A stretch of DNA of 64,000 nucleotides from Octopus sinensis (Eukaryota). The position numbers were made by a program, and so were the translations under genes. The notes beneath the pieces were generated by a model. The model worked only from the letters and a program-made list of their open reading frames with translations. It ran no database searches and had not been told where the DNA came from. The DNA is taken from positions 144,584,001-144,648,000 of the forward strand of contig NC_042997.1 of assembly GCF_006345805.1 (NCBI RefSeq). Reading direction: 5' to 3'. Positions 1 to 12,890 of this stretch are shown here, one piece after another. The stretch's first letter is position 1; each line of letters starts with the position of its first letter.

Positions 1-69
1 GTGTGAAAAACAAAATAGGAATTTTGAAAGAAGTTTCTATAAAACTAGTTTTTAAACACCAAAATGGCT

Positions 70-566
70 ATGGGGGTCCACCAGAATAAAATAGTAATCA
101 AAGGGACCTGTAGGTAAAAAATGGGGATCTTTTCAGTCAACGGCAGTTTTTAAAAATAATTTCCACGTAACTAAACACTTTTAAACTTCCTATACTGGTA
201 GAATGTGTTTATAAGACATCTTTTTCTCTTGGCTTTATTGAGAAAATTCTATAGCTTGTAAGATATTTGTTGTTTTTTTCCGTCAATTTCTGCAATTTCA
301 ACCAATCAATGACATCTATTGAGGTAAAAAAAAACATTCTGTGCCGTATGAATATGTCCCTCGTTTAAGAAACACATTGGGTTTATTTATATTTGTGAAG
401 AAAAAAAGATACCCTTCCCTCCACCCCTAACCCTAAAACAGATTGAAATGCAATAGATCGATACTAGGGTCATAATTATGGGTGACAATTTCATATGACA
501 AAAATAGAAAAAAAACTGCCGTTCAAACCGAAAAGATCCAAAAATGGTTGAGAACCCCTGGTCTAT
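70..566. mobile_element. hAT-like MITE remnant (host of a nested insertion)
   Basis: Ends in ttgagaacccctggtcta (548-566); reverse complement tagaccaggggttctcaa resembles CAGGGGTTCTCAAC-type hAT MITE termini. It is split by the 125-539 insertion. The left boundary is approximate. Confidence 0.45.
125..539. mobile_element. Non-autonomous TIR element (MITE) with 8-bp TSD, Merlin-like termini
   Basis: About 30-bp imperfect TIRs: ggatcttttcagtcaacggcagttttt versus aaaaaaactgccgttcaaaccgaaaagatcc. Perfect flanking direct repeat aaaaatgg at 117-124 and 540-547. Confidence 0.85.
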
Positions 567-989
567 TGAAAGGTTTATAGTTTCATTAAGTCTAACATTG
601 CATCTTACTAGATCATCATCAGCAACATAAGAAATTACTATTTTTTCACAAAGCTGCTCCAGCATGATAAAAATCTGTATCTTGAAATTTATGATTTATG
701 ACTGATGCTATATTTGAGTTTCCTTAAAGCATGACCAATCAGAATTAATCTTTTTCAGCATAAAATGCCATCGGCCAAGAGAGGCTATTCTCTTACGAAA
801 TTATTCATCCATTATTTATTTTCTCATGTAAAAAATAAATGAATAAATAAACTCCAGTTGTGAACCATAAAACAGAATTATGTTAAGTGTTTATCTCATC
901 TCTTCTGCTGGTGTTTCTATTATTGTCCAGATCTTGTTACTATAGAACAGAACTGCTTCAATGAATGATTTGGAAAGTTAACACAGGGA

Positions 990-1392
990 TAGGCATGGCT
1001 GTTTGGTAAAGAAGTTCGTCTTGCAACCATTTGGATTCAGGTTCAGTCCCACTGCACAGCACCTTGGGCAAGTGTCTTCTGTTATGACACAAGGCTCACC
1101 AATGCCTTGTGAGTGATTTTAGTTGACAGATCCTGAAAGAAGTCTATCATATATGTGAGTGTGTGTGGGGAGGGATGTCTCTGTCCTCATTGTCCATCAT
1201 CACCACTTGACAACCAGTGTTGGTTTGTTTATGTCTCCATAACTTAATGGTTTGGCAAAAGAGGGTGATGGAATAAGCAGTAGCCTTAAAAAAATAAAAG
1301 TACCGGGGGGGGGGGTGATTTTTGTTTGATGAAGCTTTTTGAGGTGATGTCCCAGCATAGCTGCAGTCCAATGACTGAAGCAAGTGAAAGAT
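990..1392 (+). mobile_element. SINE family A (tRNA-like head, accttgggcaag central block, internal TA/TG microsatellite, gactgaaacaagtaaaag tail)
   Basis: Many related copies in the window. Plus: about 5055-5880, 11300-11650, 12519-12890, 18365-18730, 28405-28810, 39245-39650, 40468-40930, 48920-49490, 55020-55410, 59915-60075. Minus: about 28840-28995, 36110-36280, 38370-38540. Confidence 0.85.
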
Positions 1393-2534
1393 ATGAAAAA
1401 GATTTATTCGACTATTGCTGACAGAATAATTCCAAATACAAGGAAAATTTGTCTGCTGCTAGCCAAGATAATTAGTGTCTCTGTCAAGAATTATTTTTAC
1501 TGTCTGCTTTGTCAAATCTGTGATAACAAAAGTGTATGACAATAAGAAAACAAGTTCCTGAGATGATATATATCATTATAGCACATACAGGAAGTTTTAC
1601 AGAAAGACAGATACTGAACAGTCTGTCTCCGGTACCATTTCCATTTTCCTTTTGTAGAGACGTATGCAAGTTTGTCTCCCAGAAATATGCCTCAGGATAT
1701 TTCAAATTCATTATAGTTGCCAGGAATAGTACACAAGATAAGTATTAGTTTTAATAAACAAAGCCATAACAACATTAATGAATGAATTTGGCACTTAATA
1801 AAAGCATAGGATATCTTGAATTGTAGCTCTGTTTACACAGTCAAATGCCTTAGAAAATTTCATGAAAGTTAATAGGAGATTGCATTTTGTTGAGCTGCAG
1901 GCATTGATGCATATTCTTAATGATAGCATTTGTTTAGTAGCATTTCCATTTAGCCCGAAGCTACACTGAAAACTTAAAATTAATTTCTTCAGTTTTATTT
2001 TTTAAATTTCTTTGGATATTGCATCTAAAATATTGTTGGGCAAACTTCTGGCAAGCCAATATTGAGAATCAGTTTCAATTATACTTTCAAATGACTTTCA
2101 ATGATGGAATTGGAAAAATCTTCAAAAGCACCAAGGGCAACTGTTTCTGGATAAAGTTACCCATCAGATTTTATTTTTTTTTTTAGTTTGTGTTCTGCTC
2201 TGGCTTCTTCCTTCATATTATTATTCCTCATTCACCACCGCCACCACCATCACAATTTAATGTCATTTTATGGGGTTTCCAAAAACCACACAACCTCACT
2301 GGGCAGGTTTGGTAGTGTTGCTGGTTTAGTTGTTAACAGCTCGACCTTGAAACAAATTGTACTGGGTTACATGTAACCAGTAGCACTCTGTGACCTGACA
2401 CACAGTATGTTATGCCACTTGAATTTTTAACAATAATTTTTGTATAATATAAAAATTTAATGGAGCTTGTCCTCAGATCAGCTCTAATTTAGAGGTTATT
2501 TGATCAAAGACTGTCTTGACTGCCTCATCTTAGA

Positions 2535-2876
2535 ATAAGGGTAAAAACCTCTTTCAGTCATGAATGACCATGGGATTGCACCTAGAAAGTTACCCTCTGA
2601 GGCACAAATCCAGAGAAGGTTGTTTATGGAAGGTCAGTGTCATCCATACATACCAGCCTCCCCTCTCTGTGCCATGGTGTTATCCAAGGGAAAGGCAAAG
2701 GCCGATACAGCTTGGCACCTATGACGTCGCAACTCATTTCTACAGCTGAGTGAACTGGAGCAACGTGAAATAAAGTGTCTTTTTCAAGAACACAGTTCAT
2801 AGCTCTTTCCAGGAATAGAACTCACTACCTCATAATTGCGAACCTGATGCCCTAACCAATGAGCCATATGCCTTCA
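2535..2876 (-). mobile_element. SINE family D (tRNA-like head, cagctgagtgaactggagcaacgtgaaataaagtgtc block)
   Basis: Related copies at about 34795-35070 (+) and 42320-42660 (-). A/B-box-like head on the minus strand. Confidence 0.75.
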
Positions 2877-2924
2877 TCATCTTACAATATGTATAATGTA
2901 TTATCAGGGGTGTAAGAAAGGGGA

Positions 2925-3165
2925 AAGGGAGGTAGTGAAGATAGAATAGAAGAGAGGGAAGTAGAGGTAAGGAGATAGAGAGAAGAGAAGTAGGGGGGAA
3001 ACAGAGGAGACAGAGGTTCAATAGTTAGAGTAGTGCCAAAGATGAGAAAGATGGCGGAAAGAGAGGAGGGAGATAGAAAGGTAATGGTATGGGAAGTATA
3101 GGGGAGAGAGAAAGATAAGGGATAAGAGGGAGTAGAGAGACATGGAAACAGAAAGAGAAAGAAAA
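2925..3165. repeat. Purine-rich (GA) low-complexity tract
   Basis: Almost no C on the plus strand over about 240 bp. It generates spurious Leu/Ser/Pro ORFs on the minus strand. Confidence 0.85.
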
Positions 3166-3221
3166 ACAATGATAGGCAAAGATAATAATAGAGGATGGTG
3201 TGTATATATATATATATATAT

Positions 3222-3590
3222 ATGTTTTTGCCTCTGTGAGGCCCAAAGCACGAAAGGTGCTTTTACGTTCCACTTGTGTGACACCGGTATCTGCCACAAC
3301 TGCAATTTTACTTGGCTTGGTGGGTATTCTTCTCAAGCACAGCATAATGCCAAAGGTCTTGGTCATTGCCTCTGTGAGGCCCAACACTCTAAAGGAGCTC
3401 AGCCACTTTGCCTCCATGAGGCTCATGCTCAAAGAGTGCTTTTTACATGCCACCTGCATGGGTGCCTGTTACATGACACCAGCATCAGCAACAACCACAA
3501 TTTCACTTGGCTTGATGGATCATCTCAAGCATAGCATATCACCAAAGGTCTCAGTCACTAGTCATTGCCTCTGTGAGGCCCAAATTTCAG
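3222..3590 (-). mobile_element. Family C internal segment with tandem ttgcctctgtgaggccca units
   Basis: Repeated ttgcctc(t/c)(g/a)tgaggc motif; a homologous block lies at 6640-6850. Confidence 0.6.
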
Positions 3591-3954
3591 AGATCATGCT
3601 TCACTGCCTCATCCTATGTCTTCCTGATTTTACCTCTACCCCAGGTTCCCTCCACAGTTAGGGAATTGGCACTTCTCTACACAGCTGTCCTCGTCCATAC
3701 ACATCACATGACTATACCAGTGCATTCATCTCTCTTGCACACCACATCTGATGCCTCTTATGCCTAAATTTTCTCTCAAGATGCTTACACTGTCGATGTC
3801 GACAGGCACACTGACATTGCACATCAAGCAAAGCATACGGGCTTCATATATATATATATATAAAGGGAAAGTTTACGAAAATAAACAAAAGACGAAGGCA
3901 GGTGGAGTACAAACAAACAAATGAATTAGTATAGCGCTCAGGAATAGAAAAAGT

Positions 3955-3990
3955 CTTTTATGTTTTGAGCCTATGCTCTTCGACAGAAAG
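3955..3990 (-). ncRNA. Degenerate minimal hammerhead-like motif in a (TA)n-flanked repeat (about 3845-4200)
   Basis: Minus strand: CUUU-CUGUCGA-A-GAGC(AUAG)GCUC-AAAAC-AUA-AAAG. Stems I and II pair. G12 and G16.2 appear as A (CpG-type decay) and position 6 is U. Confidence 0.5.
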
Positions 3991-4364
3991 CTACACAGAA
4001 AAAAACAAGGAGAGAAAAAAAATGCGTGTAGGAGCTAACAATCTATCATGGCGTCCTGACTTCGGACAATGGTCAGATGCGAGAGGGACGGTAGGGGACG
4101 ATAACAGGGTAAAGTGACTTCCAATACGAAGGTGCTCCCAACACAAAGGTGCATGTGTGTATAAGAGAGTATGTATGTGCGTGTGAAAGAGGACTGGTGG
4201 TGTATATATATACACACACACAAACACACATACATATGTTATATATAGAGGGAGAGAAAGTGGAGGGAAAGTAGAGAGAAGAGAGCGTGGGAGGAAGGAA
4301 TACAAAGAAAGTAAATGAAATGAATGGGATGAGAACTGACACAAAACAATGCAAGGAGAGGAAG

Positions 4365-4660
4365 GGGGAGAATAACATGCTCCCACCACCCTACCATCAT
4401 CACTATCGCCATTATCATCAATATCATCACCACCAACACAATAGTACTGATACCACTATTAACAAAATATGCCCATCAGTAACCTCCTCCAACCACCACA
4501 GAAAAAAAGAAAAACCAAAACTACAAACACCACCTCTACATCACTTATCAACAATAACATATGTTGCATTTAACCATCATCAACACCACCACCACCACCA
4601 CCATCACTTCTGCCATCACCTCCTCCTCTTCCTTCTCACTTTATTACAACATTACATTTA
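4365..4660. repeat. CAC/CAT-rich low-complexity repeat
   Basis: Runs of caccac/catcat; the His-rich ORFs are artefacts. Confidence 0.8.
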
Positions 4661-6399
4661 GCCTAAGCATGGAATGTCTGCAGCTTAGTGCACAGTAATA
4701 ATCGATCAAGGATTAGCGTTAATATATCTTAACGTGATGATGAGAGAGTGAGATCTTTCAGAGATAGATACAGTGACATGTGATCAACTTCCACATGGCA
4801 CTGTGCCACACGTGGTAATGTAAGCTTCTCATGATTAGTTATTATTTAACCCCAGGTTGTGACCTGATCCATGAGTCCTGTGATGGATGGCTTTCCGTTC
4901 ATCAAGAGTTACACTATCCAACGAGTTTTTCTGTATTTTGCTTTATTTAAGGCAATGATTTATGAGTAAAGGGACATATAGTTATTATTTCAAGCAGGTC
5001 AGTCCAGTGATCACATAGAAACCCCTTATTATGTATGTGCGTATGCGTATTTTATATATATCTTGCTTCCCAACGACATGGTTCTGGGTTCAGTCCCATT
5101 GAATTGCCTCCTCATATCTATCATTATACCCCGCTTACTATAGCCCCTAATGTACCTCAATATCCTCCTCCCCAGTGCTCCTGCACCTTGCACATCATCC
5201 CACTACTTTCTGATCTATTCTCCTTCCTGACCCTCTCCTATACCTCTCACTTTACCCTATTTTATGCACTCCCTATATTCCCCTCCATCCCCATCTTTAA
5301 CCATCTATTACTCTCCTTTGTCCTCTTATGAAAGTATCTACTCTCCCATCCCCTCCTATGACCCACTGTCTCTATCCTCTCTTATGCTTGACAAACGGAA
5401 GTACTTGGCACCTTGGGCCTACCAAAGCCTTGTGAGTGGATTTGATGGATGGAAGCTGAAAGAAGCCTGTTGTATATATCATCCTCATCATCATTGTGTA
5501 ATGTTCGTTTTCCATGCTGGCATGGGTTGGATGGTTTGACTGAGGTCTGGAAATCCAGTGGCTGCACCAGGCTCCATATATATGTATGTGTGTGTGTTTG
5601 TCACCTGTCCACCACTTGACAACTGATGTTGGTGTGTTTACGTCCCTTGTAACATTAGCAGTTCAGCAAAAGACACCGATAAAATAAGTACTAGGTTTAC
5701 AAAGAATAAGTCCTGGTGTCGATTTTGTTCGACTACAAGGCTGTGCTCCAGCATGGCCACAATCAAATGACTGAAACAAGTAACAGAATCAAAGAGTAAA
5801 AGAATAGGGCTGATTTGTTTGACTAAAACCATTGAAGGCAGTGCTCCAGCATGGCCACGGTCTTGTGACTAAAACAATTAAAAAGATAAAGTTTAAAAAA
5901 GGATCTGTTATATTCCTTTTTCCTTTACTTTTTAATTGGACTGTCTCGTAGGAATTATCCAAAAGTTACGTTCCACATCTGCGAAGTGGCTGTTGACACA
6001 ATTCCAAAGCATCTCAGAAGAATTTTGTGATGCAATGGAATTTTGTCAATGGCTACATCACAGAAACACTCGTTGACACTTCTTAATAAAAACAGAAGTG
6101 CTTTTTCACACTTCTTGGAAACTTGGAAACTTCAGGATTTCTTACACTGGTAAGAAGCCAGAAATTTGTCATGGAGAAATATAATACATTGAACTAGTCT
6201 CAATATATACCTGTTATCTTTGTTTTTTTAATCAATACTGGAATAAGCAATGGAGGATCCTGTGAGAAATAGTTACCGAATCTACCTCAGTTTTAAAGTA
6301 ATGTCTTAAATAAGAGGACAATTCAGACATTGTAGTCTAGGAAACCCCTTCAAGCAGAGAAGATACTTTTAAGCAAAGATCTGCTAGATCAGCTTCAAC

Positions 6400-6850
6400 A
6401 ACAATAACAACAACAACAACCCACCACCACCATCATCATCATCATCATTTAATGTCTGTTGTCCATGCTGGCACGGGTTGGATGATTTGACTGGGCTGGT
6501 AAGCAAGAAGGCTGTGCCAGGCTCCAGTCTGATTTGGCATGGTTTTCTATGGTTGGATGCCCTTCCTAACACCAACCACTCCAAGAGTGTAGTGGGTGCT
6601 TTACATGCCACCAGCACAGGTGCCATTTGTGTGACTCTGGTATCTGCCATGACTGTGATTTTGCTCGGCTTGATGGAACTTCTCAAGCATGACATAATGC
6701 CAAAAGTATTTTAGTCATTGCCTCCGTAAGGCCCAGCATTCAAAAGGAGCTTGACTACTTTGCCTCCATGAGGCCCAATGCTCAAAAGGAACTCAGCCAC
6801 CTCACCTCCATGAGGCCCAACAATCAAAAGGAACTCAGTCCATTTGATTC
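6400..6850 (-). mobile_element. Family C: RTE-type 3'-tail retroposon ending in (GAT)n
   Basis: catcatcat-tttaatgtc...catgctggcacgggttggatg...ggatgcccttcctaacaccaaccac. Further copies at about 10470-10770, 12290-12500, 17520-17710, 18870-19130, 22045-22610, 29850-30130, 39670-40000, 45890-46265, 50200-50610, 51755-52345, 56215-56380. RTE affinity is inferred from the short tandem-repeat tail. Confidence 0.75.
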
Positions 6851-6933
6851 AGAGGCTAATAAACAATCCAGTCAGTATTTGAACTCAGATTGTAAAAGAG
6901 ATTTAGCAAAAGCCTGCAAAGCATTTAGCTCAC

Positions 6934-6962
6934 CGCACTACTATTTCTGGCATTTCAGCACT
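6934..6962 (-). CDS. Candidate 29-nt coding exon (SAEMPEIVVR), gene unidentified
   Basis: Minus: ttgttgacctcttcctcag|AGTGCTGAAATGCCAGAAATAGTAGTGCG|gtgagc. Strong acceptor and donor in unique sequence. No homology recognised. Confidence 0.3.
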
Positions 6963-7507
6963 CTGAGGAAGAGGTCAACAAACTATGGCTTGCAGCTTCA
7001 TTTCATTTGACTTGCTGACTTTATTGAATATATGCCACTGCTGTAAAATCTCTTTATTTTCGCTGAGAAAAAAATATAAATTTTCAATATCGAAAAATAG
7101 AACAAATTTTTCAGTCTAGTAGTTGCTTTGAATCAATGTTATATGTTTTACAGCTGTGTGGGTTAAAAAGCTTGATTTCCAACTGTGGTCTTGAGTTCCG
7201 TATCATTGTACAGCATATTGGGCAAGTGTTTACACCAGGCTTGGGTTGACCAAAGTCTTGTAAATAGATTTGGTAGACAGAAACTTGAAGCCTGCATCTT
7301 ATATAAAGCAGCAGTTTCCTTGAAATTACTCATTTGGCTGCAAATAGACTCATTAGATCACAAATCAGTTAAGTTCATGTTTTGTAAAATATGTAACTTC
7401 TTCAATGTTTTTACATTTCCTATCTCTCCTTTCCCCAGCTAAGTGCAGAACTGTGCACCGTAGATTTGGTTTTACCAATGCAATACATTATCATTATTAC
7501 ATATACT

Positions 7508-7725
7508 GAAGGCGGCAAGCTGGCAGAATCGTTAGCTCACTAGATGAAATGCTCAGTGGTATTTCGCCTGTTGTTACATTCTGAGTTCAAATTCCACCAA
7601 GGTCAACTTTACCTTTTATCCTTTTGGGGTTAATAAAACAAATACCAGTTGAACACTGGGGTTGATGTAATCAACTCATCCCCTTCCCCAAAATTGCTGC
7701 CCTTGTGGCAAAATTTGAAACCATT
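7508..7725 (+). mobile_element. SINE family B (aaggcggcgagctggcagaatcgttagc head; gaaaccattattatt tail)
   Basis: More than 15 copies, including about 9280-9460, 13870-14060, 14720-15110, 22660-22870, 56653-57068, 58240-59225, 60300-60520, 60960-61850 (+) and 20020-20225, 31275-31490, 44905-45105 (-). B-box-like gagttcaaattcc. Confidence 0.9.
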
Positions 7726-10700
7726 ATTACATAGATTGACCACATTTCGTATGTTTATAATCACAAAAATTATTAGTGCAGCTGAATTTCCTCTATCTGA
7801 AATTCCCAAAAACCTCAAAATATCCAAGAGTTATTTTAATGCTGACATAGCATGCCACAAATAAAAAATTTAACAATGTTGAGAAGTTTTCCACCAAATA
7901 CAGCTGCTGTGTGCTGTTTACAACATATGAGCTTATAAACAGTGATCATGTTTTGTTTTTCGTTTTTTGGTACAGTAAACACAAAATGATATTTTTACAT
8001 GAGATCTGGAATTTACCTCCATGTAAAAATGACTCGCATCATTGCTTTGTGCTTTACTTGAAAAATAAAATACCAACTTTTTTTGAGTTTTAATTTTATT
8101 TGCCTATAAATGTTCAATGCTTTGCTTTTATTCCTTACGTAAAACTTAATACTAGCATAGAAAAAAAAAAAAAATACAAATGTCATACATGCACTGTAAC
8201 CTTTTAATCAAAGCATGTCATCATAGGTGGTGATGGAGATCTTACCTTTCTGATGGTACTATGTATAAAAAAATTATTTAAAATTTACTTAAATTACATT
8301 CAGGATATACATGTCAGCTATATTATGAAATATAAATGGATATTAAATTTAGATGTGGATCCTATCCCTGACCATTTTACTGATGCAAATATAAAAATAC
8401 TCTGAAATCTGAAATCTGCAACATTTTTGGTCCTAGGAATTTTAGACAAGGGATTTTCATTTGTATATGATGGACCCTCCCATCAAAGATGACATATGAG
8501 TGTTTAGCTTTTGCTGAACGACCTGCAGAAATGATTTGTTTATAACGATCAAATGTATGTACTGTACAATTGTGTCACTCCACTGTTAGATTGACATTGC
8601 CCGAACAAGTACACAGTGTACCAAGCATCAGGTGCAATCACAGAGCAATGTGAAATGAAGTGTTTTGCTCAAGAACACAATGCACTGCCTGGTCTTGGAA
8701 TCGAAACCCTGATCTCATGATTGTGGATGCAACACCCTAACCTGTAGGCCATGTATATACTTCTAATAGTATTATTAATAATTAAAAGCTTATTACAAAA
8801 TGGCAGAATCTATGTAAATACATATTTCTTTGACCGTATTCTTCTGAAAATAGACTTTTGTGCCTGAAATGTAAAGGTTTTTTTAAACTTTCTGTTTTGT
8901 TAGAAGCTTTTCTTATTTCTAATTTCATTCATTCTTCTTCTTCTGTACCACAATGCTTCAAGCAAACTACAATGCTCTTCAAAATTATTTTATGAAGTAC
9001 ATATGATGACAAGTTCATTTCAATAGATTCTTGTAGAGTTTACAGCAATCTTCATTTTTCTGGGCCATCTAAGGCCCTTTCATTTATTGATTCTAAGAGA
9101 GATGCTACCAACATTGGACATTTGGGAAAAATTTATCACATCTGAGTTGGAATAAGTGCTAGGGATATATTGGGGTCTGTTAGATCATGAAGATGTTCTT
9201 AATAGTTCAACTACATATTTCTTAATTATTTGTGTTGGATTTATAAACATTATTACACACAGACACACACATCAGTCAGTGAGTATTAGGAAAATACTTA
9301 GTGGTATTTCGTCTGTCTTTATGTTCTGAGTTCAAATTTTGCTGAGGTTGTCTTGGTCTTCCATCTTTTTGGAGTCGTTAAATTAAGCACCAGTCGAACA
9401 TTTTACTAGATGTAAATCTCCCTCCCCTGAAGTGTCTGACCTTGTGCCAAAATATCAAACCTTTATTACACACATACATATATGCACATAAATACTTGCA
9501 TTTATACATATAAGCTCACATACATTTACGTGTTAGAGATTTGATGGAAGAATAACTGGAAGAACAGCGAATGAAAAAGAATAAAAATGAATGAAAATAA
9601 TATAAATAAAAATGATAAGAAATGAAATGATATATGTTAAAATACCAGTGAAACTTCACACACTACAAGAAACTATTTGATATATTGTTCAATGACTTTT
9701 AGAGTCAATGTCGAATCCAGTATAATAAATACATCACCTCCCTGCAGGAATGGAACACTCTTTCTTAGGAATTCTTTGCCATAAAAGTAATGAATACATC
9801 CAAATAGCCAAAGGAGGAAATCTGAGAAACTGGTTTGAAGATAAGCATCTTAAAGCCAGTATTATTGACACAAAAGTTCCTCTCTCTCTCTCTCTTTCTC
9901 ATAACATTTTTACAAAGATTAAAACCTGTTCTTTGAGATTCCTTTCTCATACTTAGAAGTTGAGGTGACATTAGTGATAAGCACAAGAATATCATTGGGA
10001 TAGATGTAACTGTTACAGAGATAAGCAAAGTTTATTTAGTGACATTAGTGACACAAAATTAGTAAAATATATCTTGAATGTGTTTTTACTTCTACTTGAA
10101 GAAAGAACATCTATAATTGTGTCTACAGAATACATAACATTCTGTTGAGATGGCGGCAGCTTACATCGTATTTGTAATATAGTAGTATTGTGTTTTAATG
10201 ACCAAGATATCTAACACCCAAAAAGACTAAACTATCAACCTGACAATAGGTTCTACTATCATAGAATAAAAAGAAACACTGTTCTATTGTTGTTGTTTAA
10301 CTCCAGGTCAGCCTTGATTCAGGAGAGATATAATCAAAGGCATTCAAGCCATCACATCCCATTCTTTTCTTTTTTTTTTTTTCTAATGAGAAAGGATCTT
10401 CAGACACTGGACCTCACTAAGGAAATCACAAGGGACCGGGAGCTGAGGTGGTTTGCTGTACTTAAGAAGACACATCAAGCTAAGTAAAATCGCAGTCATC
10501 CAGACATACTGGCTTGTCCTTTACAGGTGCCGGTGCCATGTAAAATGCACTTGGGCCGGTGCTGCATAATTGCACCCATACCGGTGGCATGTAAATGGCA
10601 CCCAGCACACTCTGTAAAGTGGTTAGCATTAGCAAGGACATCCAGCTGTAAAAAAAAATGCCACAACAGACAACTGGTGTCTGGACTGCTCCACCGGCTG

Positions 10701-10814
10701 GCCAGCTCCTGTTAAACTGTCTGACCCATGCTAACATTGGAAATGGATGTTAAACAATGATGATAATGAGTGAGACCTGAATTACATCAACCTATGTGGG
10801 CCCATTATCATTAT

Positions 10815-11050
10815 AGGTCATAGGTTCAATTTCTGGCCTAGGCAGCACATTATGCCCTTGAGCAACACACTCCATTTCACATTGCTTCAATCCTTTCAAA
10901 CGAAAGTAAGAAACAGTGACACCTAGCGGGGGATGGGATTACCCTGCAACAGATTGGCATCCCATTCAGCAGAGTTTTTTTTTACTCTTAGCTTAAATGC
11001 CACAGAAACTAAGGTCAAGCTCTATCCTAATGAACCTATAGGCTTGAAAA
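10815..11050 (+). mobile_element. Old SINE with a conserved central domain (ccctgc-acagattggcatcccattc)
   Basis: A minus-strand relative lies at about 36795-37040 (ggatgggatgccgatccgtcgcagg). It resembles the conserved central domains of widespread metazoan SINE superfamilies; exact superfamily not assigned. Confidence 0.5.
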
Positions 11051-12518
11051 AGACTGTACTTTAAACCTCCTAGGACTTGAACTAACCACTTTTCTGAGCC
11101 ATTTCTCCACAAAACAAAACCCTCCAAAATTCCCTCATGTTCTTCTACTCATTCTCTTCATGTAGTCATCAATTTGAAGTTGTTTAAGAACATTAATTTT
11201 ATTGATCTTGTTGGTGTCTGAGGATGTGCAACTCACTTCTGTTGACCAAACAGCTGACAAATAAATAAATAAAGATAAAAAGATCTATATACCACATTGT
11301 GTGGTTAAAAAGCTCATTTTGCAAACACTTGGTTTAGGGTTCAGTCCCGCTGTGTGACACCTTAGGCAAAGTATCTTCTATTATAGCCCCAAGCTAACAA
11401 ATACCTTGAGAGTGCATTTTCTGTAGAAAGGAACTTCCTGAAAGTCTTTTGTGTGTGTGTGTGTGTGTGTTTGTTTGTTCCTTGCCACTGCTTGATAACT
11501 GATGTTGGTTTGTTTATGTCCCCGTGACTTAGGTTGGCAGAGAAATAAGTACTGAGGTCAATTTGTTTGATTAAGCCCTTTGAGGTGGTGTCACAGTATG
11601 GCTGCAGTCCAATGACTAAAACCAGCAAAACATAAAACGTAAAAGATAAAAGGACAGACACAGCTAGTAAGCCTTTGATCTTAGGTATACTCACACAGGA
11701 CAGCAGGATGTATCTAGGGCTGAACAACAACAGTAGTAGCAGTAGCAGCAGCAACAACAACAATTTACAAGTGAGAAATGATAGAATGACAAGATGATCA
11801 ATGACTCACCAATTAACAAAACTCAATCAATCTGCAACCTCCCATCCTCCCACCCACCAAACCCCACCTCCTCCTCCTCCTCTTCATTCATCTATATTTT
11901 CTTACTTCCACTTATTAATTATATAAGCAAATTTATGAAACAAACTCATTGACGGCAATAGCATAGTACTTATTGCATTTCTTCTTTCTATATTGGCAAA
12001 TTCTCAAAACTTCCATTATATTCAATAATGATTTATTGTTTTTGTTTCTTTTTTTTTTGTTTTCCTTCTTCCATTATTTTTCTCTTAAAAAAACAAAAAA
12101 AAAAAAAACTGCAGCTAACATGTACAACCAGTTCTTATCATGAACATGTAATAACAATAACAACAGAAAAGGCTTAAACCAGGCAGTAAAATTACTGTTA
12201 AGGAAGGTTTTAAATCATAATTGATTCCTTTCACCCTTTAGCAATCAGATTACTCAGTCAAATGTATCATCATCATCATCATCATCACCAACAACAACAA
12301 CAATAACAACAACATTTAATATCTGCTTTTCCATGTTGCATGAGCTGGATGGTTTGACAGGTAAGCCAGAGAACTGCACCAACCTCTTCTCTCTGCTTTG
12401 GCATGGTTTCTATAGCTGGATGCCTTTCCTAGTGCCAACCACTTTACAGCGTGGACTGGATGCTTTTTACATGGTACCAGCACTGGCAAGGTCTGTATTG
12501 ACATGTTTCTACTTTTTG

Positions 12519-12655
12519 GGCAAGAGTGGCTGTGTGGTAAGTAGCTTGCTTACCAACCACATGGTTTTGGGTTCAGTCCCACTGCGTGGCACTTTGGAGG
12601 CCGACCAAAGCTTTGTGAGTGGATTTGGTAGACGGAAACTGAAAGAAGCCCATCG

Positions 12656-12698
<43 letters not shown>

Positions 12699-12890
12699 AT
12701 GTGTTTGTGTTCTGTGTTTGTACCCCCAACATCGCTTGACAACCGATACTGGTGTGTTTACATCCCCGTAAATCAGTGGTTCGGCAAAAGAGACCAAAGA
12801 ATAAGTCCTGGGGTCGATTTGCTCAACTAAAAAGGTAGTGCTCCAGCATAGCTGCAGTCAAAATGACTGAAACAAGTAAAGGAATGAAAG
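12519..12890 (+). mobile_element. SINE family A, near full-length copy
   Basis: Head gagtggctgtgtggtaagtagcttgc...gggttcagtcccactgcgtggcac, (TA)n(TG)n core and complete tail. Confidence 0.9.

Noticed and set aside
429-440. Telomere-like ccctaaccctaa
   Set aside because: Only two units, internal to a MITE; not a telomeric array.
560-665. ORF 387-665 and a CUGAUGA...GAAA on the minus strand
   Set aside because: The ORF runs through MITE sequence, and the HHR-like match lacks the UH triplet and stem I.
1660-1720. Strong plus-strand acceptor (ccattttccttttgtag) with possible terminal exon ETYASLSPRNMPQDISNSL*
   Set aside because: No partner exon within the window and no recognisable homology.
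5952-6149. Complex unique segment ending in a strong donor (ctg|gtaaga)
   Set aside because: All frames from the upstream acceptor contain stops, and the shorter version has a poor acceptor.
9700-9860. Protein-like frames (DFLLWLFGCIHYFYGKEFLRK on minus; MEHSFLGILCHK on plus)
   Set aside because: Several frames are open on both strands, the donors are weak and no motif was recognised.
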